Virus record (IMG/VR): IMGVR_UViG_2623621019_000004 | Span: 5,054 to 69,053 of that record | Length of the DNA stretch: 64,000 nt | Origin: a virus | Taxonomy: Duplodnaviria > Caudoviricetes | Direction: 5' to 3' (one strand) | In this document: in pieces, positions 27,758 through 38,900 of the stretch | How positions within the stretch are numbered: the first letter of the stretch is position 1 | How the letters are laid out: each line of letters opens with the position of its first letter | Made by a program: the position numbers and the translations under genes | The notes under the pieces: model-generated | What the model was told of the DNA's origin: nothing | Seen by the model: the letters and a program-made list of their open reading frames with translations, nothing else | Databases searched by the model: none

Positions 27758-28219
27758 ATGGCAGAAATAAAACAACCGACTCCCGACATGCAGGAGTTAT
27801 ATAGTGAAATGCTGGCTCAGGAGCCTGAAAAGGTCACCTTTGGCGGCAAAGAGTATAGCATTGGCTGGCTTCACTATGCTAACGTACGCAAGTTCTCTCA
27901 TATCATGCTCAAGGAAAAGAATCCTGTAAAGCGCAATGTGAAAGTCTGTGCGTGTGTGCTGCTGAATCATCGATGGGGATTGCTTACATGGTTTCTCCTG
28001 AACATTTGCTACGGGTTCTATTGGCGTTGGCTGTATTACGTCCGTGATATCGACCAGATTGAGATTACAAAGGTGCTTGATTGCGCCAAAAAAAAAATTC
28101 AATCAGAACCATTGGCGTTGAATATCATATTGTCGACCGCAATGATGGACACGATGATGATGATGGCGGGTCACGAGCTTGGCCAAGCCGCACGCGATGG
28201 GGAGCAGCCCACACATTAG
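27758..28219 (+). CDS. Tail assembly chaperone (gpG-like)
   Basis: Between tail tube and tape measure; contains an A10 slippery run. Confidence 0.7.
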   Translation: MAEIKQPTPDMQELYSEMLAQEPEKVTFGGKEYSIGWLHYANVRKFSHIMLKEKNPVKRNVKVCACVLLNHRWGLLTWFLLNICYGFYWRWLYYVRDIDQIEITKVLDCAKKKIQSEPLALNIILSTAMMDTMMMMAGHELGQAARDGEQPTH

Positions 28220-28500
28220 CAGAAAAGTTCCCATTCTTGTTTGAACGTCATTTCGGCATCAGGGCTTTCGACTATTGGTACGGATACTCTATGTGTCAGA
28301 TCGAGCTGATGGTTTCAGACCAGCCGGTCATTGAGTATAACTACAAGGAGCGCAAGAGTGGTTCAATGATGGCTAACAAGGCAGAGATTCAGGAGCTTGA
28401 TGACCTCACATCGGCATGGGAGAAAAAACGCAACGGAAAACGTTTCGTAGGTCAGAAGGTTGACCTTAACGATTTCGTAAAGGGTAACATTAATGAATAA
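28088..28500 (+). CDS. Tail assembly chaperone frameshift extension (gpT-like, -1 frame)
   Basis: -1 frame open from the A10 run at 28088-28097 to 28500. Confidence 0.6.
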
Positions 28501-28515
28501 TCTAAAAACTACATA

Positions 28516-31500
28516 ATGGCAAACAACGAAAATTTTTGGTTTGAGTTTGGTGTCAGGGATAACGTAACATCCAAAATTAAGGATATAATGGCTCAAGCAG
28601 AGGACTTACAGGAAGTAATGTCCTCTCTCATGATTAGCAAGGATGCTGTCAAGAATGCCCATGATATAGAGCAGGCGTTAGACAAAATAGCTGTTGCCCG
28701 CAACCGTATATCAGAGGCCAAGGGACTTGCTACAAACAAGGACGATGTCTCTGCTCTGAGGAAGATGGACAGAGAGATAGAAAAGATACAGAAGCGTTTC
28801 GAGAGTTTCGGAAAAGCAGATAACGATATCTCCAAAGCCATGATGGGAACCAAGGGTATGGCTCAGTTCTTAAAGCTTAAGGATGGCCTTGTTATTGCCC
28901 TTGACCAAATACGCAGAAAGACTGGCGAGGTTACTGAGCAAGCTCTTGCTGATGAACGCGCCAAGGCTGCGGAAGAGAAACGTGTTGATACTTTGAAATC
29001 GAAGTACTATGAGTTGCTTCGTGTCCGTAAAGGGTTGCAGGATGCAATAATGTCTGCGGCTCCTGGCACTGACTTGACAGAGGCTTTCAGTATGCTTCAG
29101 GGGGTACAGTCTCGCCTTGGAGCAATCAAGAAAGCAGAAAAGAATGGCTCAGGCATGCCATCGTCCGTAGCTGGTGCTGATGGCTTGGAGTACCTACGTC
29201 GTGTTGATGAAAAGACCCGTGAGCTGACCGCCACGACTGACGCATTCAACAAGAAGGTTTCAACAACCGAAGGAATCTATGCTAACCTGAAACGACTGGA
29301 GCTTGATACTCAGAGTCAGCAGACTATCGCAGGCATCAGGAAACAGACTACCGAATATCAAACACTTGCACAGAAGCTACAGGAAATAAGCAACTTAAAG
29401 AATGCGGTTAAAGCAGAACAGCAAGGTATTTCGAATGGTACTATAACCAAGCCTACCTATACCCGTGAGTATGTAAACGAGCGTCTTGAAGCGATTCAGC
29501 GTCGCTACAATGAAGCTATTGCTCGCGGCAAGCAGCAGGAGAAAGAGGATAGCGAAGCCAAGAACCAGCAGGCCGCTGCATCAAGGAAAGCTGCTGATGC
29601 TATACAGCTCATGGCCCACGCTAACCAAGGACTTATCTCAAGCTACAACAGAGTAGCCGAGGCAGGCAACAAGGTTAGAGGAGTGAATATTCAAATACAG
29701 CAGCAGATTGGCCAGTACGCCAGTCTCTATGGTATTGAGCGCATTCTGAAATCTGTTATCACCATTGGTGGCCAGTTCGAGGTTCAGCACGTAGCATTGA
29801 AGAACATCTTGGGCGACCTCAATCAGGCAAACTCCCTCTTCTCTCAGTTGCAGACTTTGGCGGTGGAATCGCCAAAAACCTTCATGGAGTTGACTGCATA
29901 CACCAAGCAGCTGTCGGCTTATCAGATTCCTTATGAGGAGTTGTATGACACAACAAAGCGATTGGCTGACATGAGTACTGGACTTGGTGTCGACATGTCG
30001 CGCCTGATCTTGGCGTACGGTCAGGTACGTAGTGCATCGGTGCTGAGAGGTCAGGAATTGCGCCAATTCACCGAGGCTGGAATCCCATTGGTAGAGAAGC
30101 TGGCCGAGGAGTTCTCTAAGTTGAACGGAAAGGCTGTTACCACTGGAGATGTATTTGAACTTATCTCTAAACGAGCCGTTTCCTTCGACATGGTTAAGAA
30201 GATACTGTGGGACATGACCAACGAGGGTGGCCAGTTCTTCAACATGCAGTCTGAACTTGCGGATACTCTCTATGGTAAGTGGCAGAAGCTCCAAGACCAG
30301 TGGCAGATTTCGCTTGGTCATATCGCCGATGGAAAGGGAGTCGTTGGTGGATTTTTCAGAGAAATACTTGAGTCTTTGGTTGGCATCGCTGCAGCGGCAG
30401 ATACCATCATGCCAATGCTTGGCATGTTTATGGGCGCAAAGGTTGGCACCAAACTGTTCAACGGAACAAGGGAGGCCATAATGAATCAGACTGGCGCATC
30501 TGCCCTGAACAAGATGTCTCTTGCAAAAGAGAAAGAGGCTAATAGACTCTTACGCGAGCGAATCATGTACGGCAGGCAGCTCTCAGCCGAAGAAAGCAAG
30601 ATTGTGCTGCAAAAGGACAAACTTGTGGCCAACGATCTGCGACTCCTTCTTCTTGAGGAACAGATTACCGAGAGGCAGATGATGCAGCAAGTTAATGCTG
30701 GACGCTTGAATTGGCTTGAAGCAATGAGAGCTTTGCGTGCTCAGGGATATACTATCGAGCAGTTAAAGCAGATACGCAATGGAAATCTACAAATACTTCA
30801 AGGTGAGAAACTTATAGCAAAGTTTAGTAAAGGTGCATGGAATTTCCTTGGCGGTGGATGGGGTGTTGCTCTTACCGCACTGGGAGGTCTTATGTCGTTG
30901 TACGGAGAGGCTTCGAACAAGGCGGAGGAAGCTAAAACCACTGCTACTGGTGCTACCGATGCTCTCATGAATAACGTAAAGGGCTTGTCTACTCTCTACG
31001 ATGAAATGGAGAGAAAAGCACCTTCTTCCAATGAAGAAAGGGCAAACGCTGTTGAACGTATCACCAATGCCCTGAAAGAGGCTGGTAGATATAGTGATGA
31101 ATTTAACCAAAAAGTTGAAGCAGCTGGTGATAACGCAAGTAAATACAGCTTGTTATACAACGAGTTGAAAGTCGTTTCTGAGGAATATCTCCACATGAAG
31201 GATAATGTTGAGTTGTACTTGGAAGCTGCCAATAAAACTGGTGGTGGCAACAAGTTTACTCAGATGTTCAACGACCCCATGTCTGAGGACATCAAAGACT
31301 GGAGTGAGGCTGTCATTGAAAAGAAAGCCGCTGCCAATGGTGTGGCAAAGTATGGCAAGAGCATCCGCAGAGAACTTGAAGCCTACCTGAAAGAGACGAA
31401 CAAATGGGTTGAAAGTGAGATGGCAGGCATGGACTGGCAGTCTCTCTTCGAGAAGGTCAACAAGGAGTGGTTTGTTAACAGACTCAAGAATGACCCAACT

Positions 31501-34500
31501 CGTGATTGGAGCGAGGCAGTTGATGCTATCAACGAATACAGGGATGCCATGCGCGACGTTTACTCTCAGGAGCAGGAGGTTGACGGTCAGATGGACGATT
31601 ATATTAATCATCTCCAAACCGCTCTGGACGAAAGAGCTAAGTTTGCACAGCTCGACCTAAGCAAGCTGAACCAGTGGGAAGATAAAGACTTGCGCCAGTT
31701 CTCAAATTGGATTAACGACATCGTCAAGTCATACAACGTCGACTCCGAGACTGCGGAGCAGCTGCGCGACAAGATTCTCAGCCGTATTGCGCCAAAGGAG
31801 GTGATTTTGAAAATCAAGGCTCTACCCGCCCCCGACAACAATGCACTATCTTCTTGGCAGACCGAGTTGGATAACTACTTCAAGGCGCACAAATTCAACA
31901 ATCAGATTTTGGTTCCCATCGATGCGAAAACATCTTTAGAGTCTGTAGAGAAAGAACTTCAGGATAAGCGCAAGACATGGCAGGAGCAGATGAGTCGTAG
32001 CAAAGGCATCCTTCTTAAGTTTGGCGCAGACTTCGGCAATCTTGAGGAAAGCATTAAGGCTCTGATGAAGAAATATCCATTCATGTCGAATGTGATTCAG
32101 AAAGCATATGATGACCATAAAGAAGGTAAAAACGGTATAGCTGCTATTGATCAAGCAGGCAAGGATACTGGTATCAACGTTGTTAAGCAGACCAAGTCAA
32201 GTGGCAGCGGCCATAAAGAGGACAAGACTCTCAAGATGTGGCGCAAGCGCATCGAGTTGCTTGAGAGATACCGTAAGGCTCTTGAGGATTTGGAGAAATA
32301 CATGACCCGTTCCGATGCTGAGTCAAAACTGCGTGAGAACAAGAACTTCAATGCTCTTTGGGGCTATTTCGGCAATCCGAACGACTATAACGCCAGCATC
32401 AATAAGGCTATCGGTGCCATGGGCAAGTCTCCCAAGGGCGAGCGAAAGGACTTCGTAGATTCTCTGAACGTAAAGAAAGAGGAAGAGAACATGCGTAAGT
32501 TCGAGAATGACACTAAGGCTACTGTAGAGGAGCTGCAGCGTATGCTCAATGTCATGTCTGAGAACTACGATGTCTACAAGAAATGGTTAGAGCTGACTGG
32601 AGATGCTAAACTGGCCGCGAATGTGGCTGGTGTCGCCCAGAACTCAAGCTATTCCGACTTGCTGACCGAGGAGATGAAGAAAGCCCTCTCAGAGGCAAAG
32701 AAAGACAACTCTGTTGAAGAGGTGTTCGGCATGAAGGAATCTGAGGTGAGCAAGTTCGGTAAGGACAATGCCATCTTCAAGATTTGGGAGGAGTGGCAGA
32801 AGAATCAGCAGAAGGTCAAGAAAGAAACTCTGTCTGCTTACGAGGAAGCCATCAAAGCCTCTAAGGGCTATGCTGAGAAGATTGATGACATCAACCGCAA
32901 GCTGGCAGAGCAGGTAGCCCTGATTGAGAAAGACCCTACACTTACTCAGGAAGGTAAGGACAAGGCTATTGGTCAGCTCAATAAGGATGCCAACAAGAAG
33001 AAAGCCCATGAGACTTGGGAGAACTTCAAGAGCAATGAGGACTGGGGACGCATCTTCGCCAACCTCGATCGTGTGAGCAGTGAGACTATCAATCACATGC
33101 TGACTGAGCTTGAGAAGGTGGCCCCAACCATCAACGATGATGTAGAGAGCACTAAGGCACTCTATGAGGCCATGGAGAAACTGCGTGAGCAGCAGGAATC
33201 TCGCAACCCGTTCCTTTCAATCACCAACAGTCTGAAGGATAGTGCCAGGATAAAGGATTATCTCAAGATGGCGGGCATGGCTGTAGCCGATAAGGACATG
33301 GCTCGAATCCTTGGCGTAAACAAAGGCTCAGTCGTTGATATGGGTAGCGACAAGACCAAGCGCAAGCTGAAAGATGCTGAAAGAAATGCCGATAAAGGTT
33401 TCGTCAATGGTATTCAGGCTATCGAGAAGAACTTCAAGAGTCTCCAAATGGTACTGAAGCCTGTCATCGACCTCTTCGATGAACTTGGGAACAAGACCCT
33501 GAGTGACATTTTCAACGCAGGCAGTAATGCTCTTGGTTCTGCAGCAAATACCGCAAGCGCGATTAGCTCCGTTAAAGGTTTGTTCGATGAAAAATCGGGT
33601 ATTGCAAAGGCTCTTGGAGCAGCAGGCCCTTGGGGTGCAGCTGCATCAGCAGCGTTAAGCCTTGCTACCTCTGCTATGGGAATGTTCGGTGCTGATTACA
33701 GAGAGTACAACAAAATGAAAGAGCAGTACGAGGGACTTATCAGTGTTTGGGATGACCTGATTGACAGAAAGAAAAGCTACCTGAGCGAAAGCTGGGGTAC
33801 TGAGGCTAAGAATGCTGGAAAAGAGGCCCTGAGCATTCTGCAATCAGAGATTGACCAGACCAAAGTTGTAGCTAAAGGTCGACTTGGCGCAGGCTCTTCA
33901 TGGGGAAGCCATTCTATTGGCTACAGAATGTGGCAAGGCTCGTACAAATACAATGGTCAGAACTGGCGTGATGTAGCAGACAGCATCTCAAAGCAATTCA
34001 ACGGAGTTAAGTTCAATGGCATGGCCGACATGCTGGACATGACATCGGAGCAGCTTCTTTGGATTAAGACTAATTACTCTGGCTTGTGGGCTACAATGGA
34101 TGGTGATTTCAGGGAGTATCTTGATAAACTCATTCAGTATGGCGACACTGAGACAGAGATTGTTGACCAGCTGAAGGAAAAGCTGACAGGTTGGGACTTT
34201 GAGGATGTGCTTTCAAGTTGGGGCAATCTTCTTACCACAATGTCTAATGGAACCGATGCACTGGCTGATGATTTGGAGAACAAACTCAAGTCGGCAATTG
34301 TGAATAGCATGATGTCCAACCTCTACGGTGAGCAAGTGAATGGACTCATTGAAAAGGCAAACAAGTACGCCAAGAACAATGATAAAATCATGCAGACCGA
34401 CAAGGTCTTGAGCGAATATACAGCCGAGGAGTATCAGGAACTTATGACCGAAGCGAGACAGATTGCCGAGGATGCTAAGAACAGCCGAGATTTCCTCAAA

Positions 34501-34818
34501 GAGATGTTTGGCTGGAAAGACAGCGGCAGCAGTTCTTCGTCTACCAATATCGGCAAAGAGATTACCGAGCAGGATTCTAAGCTGTGGAGTTCGTACCTGA
34601 ATGCTATGCGCCTTGATTTGTCAGTTCACAGAGCAACCCTTGAAAAGCTGATGCAGGAAGTCTTGACCCATAGGGAAATGCCTGAAATAGCTAAGGCACA
34701 GCTCAAGCAACTTGACGCGATCGCGGAGAACACCAAGCAGAATGTGAAACTTGTATCGCAAATCTACAACTTGCTACATAACGTAGCACCTGATGGTTCG
34801 GCGTTCAAAGTCAAATAA
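28516..34818 (+). CDS. Tape measure protein
   Basis: 2100 aa helical; LAYGQV...LRGQELRQFTEAGIP tape-measure domain. Confidence 0.92.
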   Translation: MANNENFWFEFGVRDNVTSKIKDIMAQAEDLQEVMSSLMISKDAVKNAHDIEQALDKIAVARNRISEAKGLATNKDDVSALRKMDREIEKIQKRFESFGKADNDISKAMMGTKGMAQFLKLKDGLVIALDQIRRKTGEVTEQALADERAKAAEEKRVDTLKSKYYELLRVRKGLQDAIMSAAPGTDLTEAFSMLQGVQSRLGAIKKAEKNGSGMPSSVAGADGLEYLRRVDEKTRELTATTDAFNKKVSTTEGIYANLKRLELDTQSQQTIAGIRKQTTEYQTLAQKLQEISNLKNAVKAEQQGISNGTITKPTYTREYVNERLEAIQRRYNEAIARGKQQEKEDSEAKNQQAAASRKAADAIQLMAHANQGLISSYNRVAEAGNKVRGVNIQIQQQIGQYASLYGIERILKSVITIGGQFEVQHVALKNILGDLNQANSLFSQLQTLAVESPKTFMELTAYTKQLSAYQIPYEELYDTTKRLADMSTGLGVDMSRLILAYGQVRSASVLRGQELRQFTEAGIPLVEKLAEEFSKLNGKAVTTGDVFELISKRAVSFDMVKKILWDMTNEGGQFFNMQSELADTLYGKWQKLQDQWQISLGHIADGKGVVGGFFREILESLVGIAAAADTIMPMLGMFMGAKVGTKLFNGTREAIMNQTGASALNKMSLAKEKEANRLLRERIMYGRQLSAEESKIVLQKDKLVANDLRLLLLEEQITERQMMQQVNAGRLNWLEAMRALRAQGYTIEQLKQIRNGNLQILQGEKLIAKFSKGAWNFLGGGWGVALTALGGLMSLYGEASNKAEEAKTTATGATDALMNNVKGLSTLYDEMERKAPSSNEERANAVERITNALKEAGRYSDEFNQKVEAAGDNASKYSLLYNELKVVSEEYLHMKDNVELYLEAANKTGGGNKFTQMFNDPMSEDIKDWSEAVIEKKAAANGVAKYGKSIRRELEAYLKETNKWVESEMAGMDWQSLFEKVNKEWFVNRLKNDPTRDWSEAVDAINEYRDAMRDVYSQEQEVDGQMDDYINHLQTALDERAKFAQLDLSKLNQWEDKDLRQFSNWINDIVKSYNVDSETAEQLRDKILSRIAPKEVILKIKALPAPDNNALSSWQTELDNYFKAHKFNNQILVPIDAKTSLESVEKELQDKRKTWQEQMSRSKGILLKFGADFGNLEESIKALMKKYPFMSNVIQKAYDDHKEGKNGIAAIDQAGKDTGINVVKQTKSSGSGHKEDKTLKMWRKRIELLERYRKALEDLEKYMTRSDAESKLRENKNFNALWGYFGNPNDYNASINKAIGAMGKSPKGERKDFVDSLNVKKEEENMRKFENDTKATVEELQRMLNVMSENYDVYKKWLELTGDAKLAANVAGVAQNSSYSDLLTEEMKKALSEAKKDNSVEEVFGMKESEVSKFGKDNAIFKIWEEWQKNQQKVKKETLSAYEEAIKASKGYAEKIDDINRKLAEQVALIEKDPTLTQEGKDKAIGQLNKDANKKKAHETWENFKSNEDWGRIFANLDRVSSETINHMLTELEKVAPTINDDVESTKALYEAMEKLREQQESRNPFLSITNSLKDSARIKDYLKMAGMAVADKDMARILGVNKGSVVDMGSDKTKRKLKDAERNADKGFVNGIQAIEKNFKSLQMVLKPVIDLFDELGNKTLSDIFNAGSNALGSAANTASAISSVKGLFDEKSGIAKALGAAGPWGAAASAALSLATSAMGMFGADYREYNKMKEQYEGLISVWDDLIDRKKSYLSESWGTEAKNAGKEALSILQSEIDQTKVVAKGRLGAGSSWGSHSIGYRMWQGSYKYNGQNWRDVADSISKQFNGVKFNGMADMLDMTSEQLLWIKTNYSGLWATMDGDFREYLDKLIQYGDTETEIVDQLKEKLTGWDFEDVLSSWGNLLTTMSNGTDALADDLENKLKSAIVNSMMSNLYGEQVNGLIEKANKYAKNNDKIMQTDKVLSEYTAEEYQELMTEARQIAEDAKNSRDFLKEMFGWKDSGSSSSSTNIGKEITEQDSKLWSSYLNAMRLDLSVHRATLEKLMQEVLTHREMPEIAKAQLKQLDAIAENTKQNVKLVSQIYNLLHNVAPDGSAFKVK

Positions 34819-34820
34819 AA

Positions 34821-34848
34821 ATGGGGAGCTTAAGTGCTCCCCAATTTG
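34821..34848. terminator. Bidirectional terminator
   Basis: TGGGGAGC-TTAAGT-GCTCCCCA between convergent genes. Confidence 0.7.
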
Positions 34849-35211
34849 TTATTTGTCTGTTGTAATAAACGATTTAGCCTCGCTATCGGAATGTACTTCT
34901 TTCTTGAATAATATATCGTACTGTTTATTAGCAACGATAACATCCACAAACTTCCAGCCGCGTTTAGTCATATAGTTGATAACCTCTGATTCGCTGTTAA
35001 ACTCAATCTTTTTATTGTTTTCATCGACCAAATAGTCGCGTCCTTTTTTGTCCATCAAATCTATCTTTGCCTTGAACGTGCCACTCAAATCTGAAATCGG
35101 TTCAACGTAAATAAAGTACTCATACGGCTCTCCTGGCTTGTCAATACGCTGTGCGCAGGCAGGAACCGCAGCCATCATTAATAATGCAATAATTAGTTTC
35201 TTCATACTCAT
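34849..35211 (-). CDS. Exported small protein (moron), paralog of 16539-16916
   Basis: Signal peptide; AQRIDKPGEPY; MTKRGW; own -7 box at 35234-35241. Confidence 0.8.
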   Translation of the reverse strand: MSMKKLIIALLMMAAVPACAQRIDKPGEPYEYFIYVEPISDLSGTFKAKIDLMDKKGRDYLVDENNKKIEFNSESEVINYMTKRGWKFVDVIVANKQYDILFKKEVHSDSEAKSFITTDK

Positions 35212-35308
35212 ATTTTTGTTTGTAAATTGAGCGCAAAGGTAGCTAAATAATCCCTAATAATCAGACACTCATTGAAGATATTTACAAACATTAACAGCAG
35301 ACACAGCA

Positions 35309-35373
35309 AGTATATATACTCGTTTTAAACTAAAATAATTGTAAAAATAGTATAATTATACAGTATATATACG
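35309..35373. promoter_or_regulatory. Repressor-operator-like palindromes AGTATATATACT upstream of tail operon promoter
   Basis: 35309-35322 identical to 63521-63534; partial copy at 35362-35373; -7 box TAAATTTG at 35395-35402. Confidence 0.65.
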
Positions 35374-35437
35374 TCTATTTACGGAAAAATGTAGTAAATT
35401 TGCAGAAACAATTTAGGATAACGAATAATTATACAGA

Positions 35438-35944
35438 ATGGGTAAATGGAATAACTTCTTCTTGCAGAAGATGGGCGTTGGCGTGAACAATGCCCCCTAC
35501 TCTGTTTGTGAGTCGGTTGCGACATGGGGAGTTTTCTGCAAAAAGATACCCTTCAAGGTATTCGACAAGGTCAAAGCACCTGCCAAGCGCAGCTGGTATG
35601 ATGAGGATGGTGATGACGAATACATCCCTACTGGCGGCTTGAAACTGGAGGCTTATACCATGAAAGTTGAGTTCGGCTGCAAGAAGATTGCTGTCAATAA
35701 TAGCTTCGGAAGCGTATCTGTTGACGATGTACGTGCTAAGGTTGGCAAATTCTTGGAGTACCTGAAAACTTCGGGTATGATGAACATGTATTCGAGCCAC
35801 ACCCGTATTGGCCGACAGAACGTACGACTGGAGAGTGTTGGTGAGAGCGGTACATGGGTTACCGAAGATGATGGCACCGAATATCTTGTTTTTGAGGTAA
35901 CATTTAAGGTAAACGATCCGAATACGGATATTAAACTGGCATAA
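35438..35944 (+). CDS. Probable distal tail protein
   Basis: Position after tape measure; W.DEDG.DEY motif. Confidence 0.6.
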   Translation: MGKWNNFFLQKMGVGVNNAPYSVCESVATWGVFCKKIPFKVFDKVKAPAKRSWYDEDGDDEYIPTGGLKLEAYTMKVEFGCKKIAVNNSFGSVSVDDVRAKVGKFLEYLKTSGMMNMYSSHTRIGRQNVRLESVGESGTWVTEDDGTEYLVFEVTFKVNDPNTDIKLA

Positions 35945-35947
35945 ATA

Positions 35948-38900
35948 ATGGCAAAATGGACGATATTTGATAAGCATGGCGTTGCTAAAGTTTCTGTGGT
36001 GGAACTTGAGTTGCGTGACGAGTGGATGGCAGAGTGCTATCTGACCGTTACCATCAGGAGTGCTACCCCAATTAAGTTCGCCATTGGAGATTACATTGAT
36101 TACAGAGGTGAGCGTTACACAATTCAGTACGACCCGAACGTGCTGAAAAAGGCTTCGAGCGGCTCATATGGTGAGGGATTTACCTACAGCAACATCAAGT
36201 TTGTGGGGCTGCAGGATGAAATCGTACGTTGCGATTTCAACGACATTGTGCTGAGAGATAATCAGATGCACTACACAGCTCTGCCTACGTTTCCATTCTA
36301 TTGTGAGACCGTAGATGACCTGTTAGACCGCATTCAGGCAAATCTTGAGGAACTGTATCCCGCTCAGTGGACAATCATCGGACTTAACACTCTGCGTAAC
36401 AAGCAGCGTGGAACCGCTGTGAATAGACTTAAGGCTTTTACCGATGCCTACAAAACCTACATTGACCAGACGGAAGCTACAAAGACAGAGCCTTATGGCA
36501 AAGTCGGTGTAGCTGAGACCGTCGACAAGATTACCTGCTGGGATGCTCTGAAGAAGGTACACGATGACTTCGGCCTGAATTTCATTATTCGTGGACGTGT
36601 TATCATCGTTGGTACTGCTGGAGTATTCACGGCAAGCAAGTTCCGCTACGGAAAGGGCAATGGCTTGTATGAGATTGAGCGTATCGCAGAGAGTGACCAG
36701 CAGATTGTTACTCGCCTGCGTGCTTATGGCTCAGAGGACAACCTACCCTCTCGCTACTACGCCAATACTACAGAGGACATGCCAAACAACATGGCAGTCT
36801 CAAAACTGATGCTGCCCGGCTTCCCCACACAGAGTCTTGCAGACTGGGTTGATGCACACAAGAATGCAGCTGGTTACGAATGGCTTCTTGATGCGGTAAA
36901 TGAGGGCTTCGCATTCTCAAAGGATGCTCACAGACCTTACATCGATTCTCCCAATATCAAGGAGTATGGCATCCGTCCTTCTTCGATTATCTTTGATGGT
37001 AGCGAAGATAAGGAGAATATCCATCCCACAATCGAGGGCATGGTTTATGATGGCAAGGCTATCGATGAAATCTATGCAGCTGACCAAATCGAGGATAATG
37101 GTGTCTCAACAGAGAATCCAAACAACTTCAAGATTACTCTGCCTGCCCTCGGCTTCGACCTCGGTAAGGTGTACGAAGATAGTGCTTCCATTGATATCAA
37201 GAATGGAATGTGCGGTGCTCGCTCTTTCAAGATGGTGTCGGCACCTACCAAGAATAGCGATGGCCGCTGGGTTTGCACTGTAGAGCGAGTACACGATGAT
37301 GTACTTGATTTATGGTTCCCATACAACGACTTTCAGATTAAGCAGGGTGACAAATTCGTGCTTACTGGCATTAAGCTGCCTGACGAGTATATTAGTTCGG
37401 CTTCTGTCAAGCTGTTCAAGGCATCAATTGAGGCCCTGAGAAAGAACCATGCTCCCCGTTATACATACCAGCCTCGAATTGACGAGATTTGGATGCAGAG
37501 ACAGCATGACTTGGCAGTTTCTTCTGATGGAACCACGTCACTGCACGACACTCTGAAAGCTGGCGACATCTTCTCGTTCGCCGATGATGACCTCGCTATT
37601 GATGCCAATATCATCATTGACGTTCTGACCATCAAGGAGAACGGCAACAATGGCGTTCCTACATACGAGGTAACCTTGCGTGACGAGAAGCAGGTTGGTA
37701 CAATGCAGAAGATTACGAACAAAATCGACTCTGCGTTTACCAATGCCGTGACTACTGCCGTAGGTGGTGGCCTTACCTCTCGTCAGGTACAGAGATTGAT
37801 TGAGCGTTTCGGCTCTGAACAGTTCCTTTCAAAGTTGGACGATGATACAGCTGCAGGCTTTATCAAGATGCTGAAAGGATTGCAGATAGGTAACTCGTAC
37901 GTTCCTGGCCTGCTTGGTGAGGGTGGCGTTCTCCGTATGGATGCCGATGGTAAAACCTACCTTGAAGCAGACAAGATGTACATCCGCATGAAAGCGTACT
38001 TTGATTCTGTTGAGGTACGTGAGTATAAGCACAGCGTTGGTAATAGAGTAGCTTCGCCAGCAGGAGCCAAATGCGTTCGAGTGGAGTGGCTTGGGGCTAA
38101 CAACAAAGTACTTGAGCAGACAAATGCTAACCTCAAATCTGTCAAGAAGTTCCGTTGTTTCTTTAGAGCATCAGATGGTGAAGATACTACCCGCAACAAC
38201 TTTGTCGTTGGTGACCAGATTTATTGCCATGTCACTACTGTTGCAGGCTCTTCTGATAACCCTGAGAGTAAGGGACAGAATCAGAAGCACTACTGGCGTT
38301 TGTGCGTAGGATGTAATACTGAGGGCACTCTCACCAAAGATGGCGAGGCATGGATTGACCTTTCTAACAATACTACCGAAACTATCAGCAGCAAGTCTTA
38401 TACTGGCTATCAGACTGGTTCTGACATCCCAGAGGCTCAGGACAGCATGATTCAGCTCGGTAATGTCAACGATACTACAAGGCAGGGCGCAATCATCGAA
38501 TTTGTGAGTGGCAATAATGCACCCGCATATCAGATATATCAGGGCATCAATAGTTTCTCTCTGAACGGAAAGAGCATGATAACCATGGGCTACAACTCGG
38601 CTACTGGAAAGGCAGAGTTAAAGGTTCATGGTAATGCCTACATCGGCGATCCCAATGGCAGCGCATTCCTGAGCTACGATTCTGCTAAGAAGGAACTGAA
38701 AATCAAGGCTAAGGTTGAAATCCTGCCTAATGGTTCGACCATTGGTAACAAGACCTTTGCTGAGTACATCAAGGAGAATCAGAACAACTATGACGATTCT
38801 GCCTTGCAAACCCTGCTGGCCAACAAATATCTCGGCCTGCTTACTGGCGGTTCTATCTCACAGAGTATTGGTGACGCGCAAGACGCTGCTGACAAGGCCC

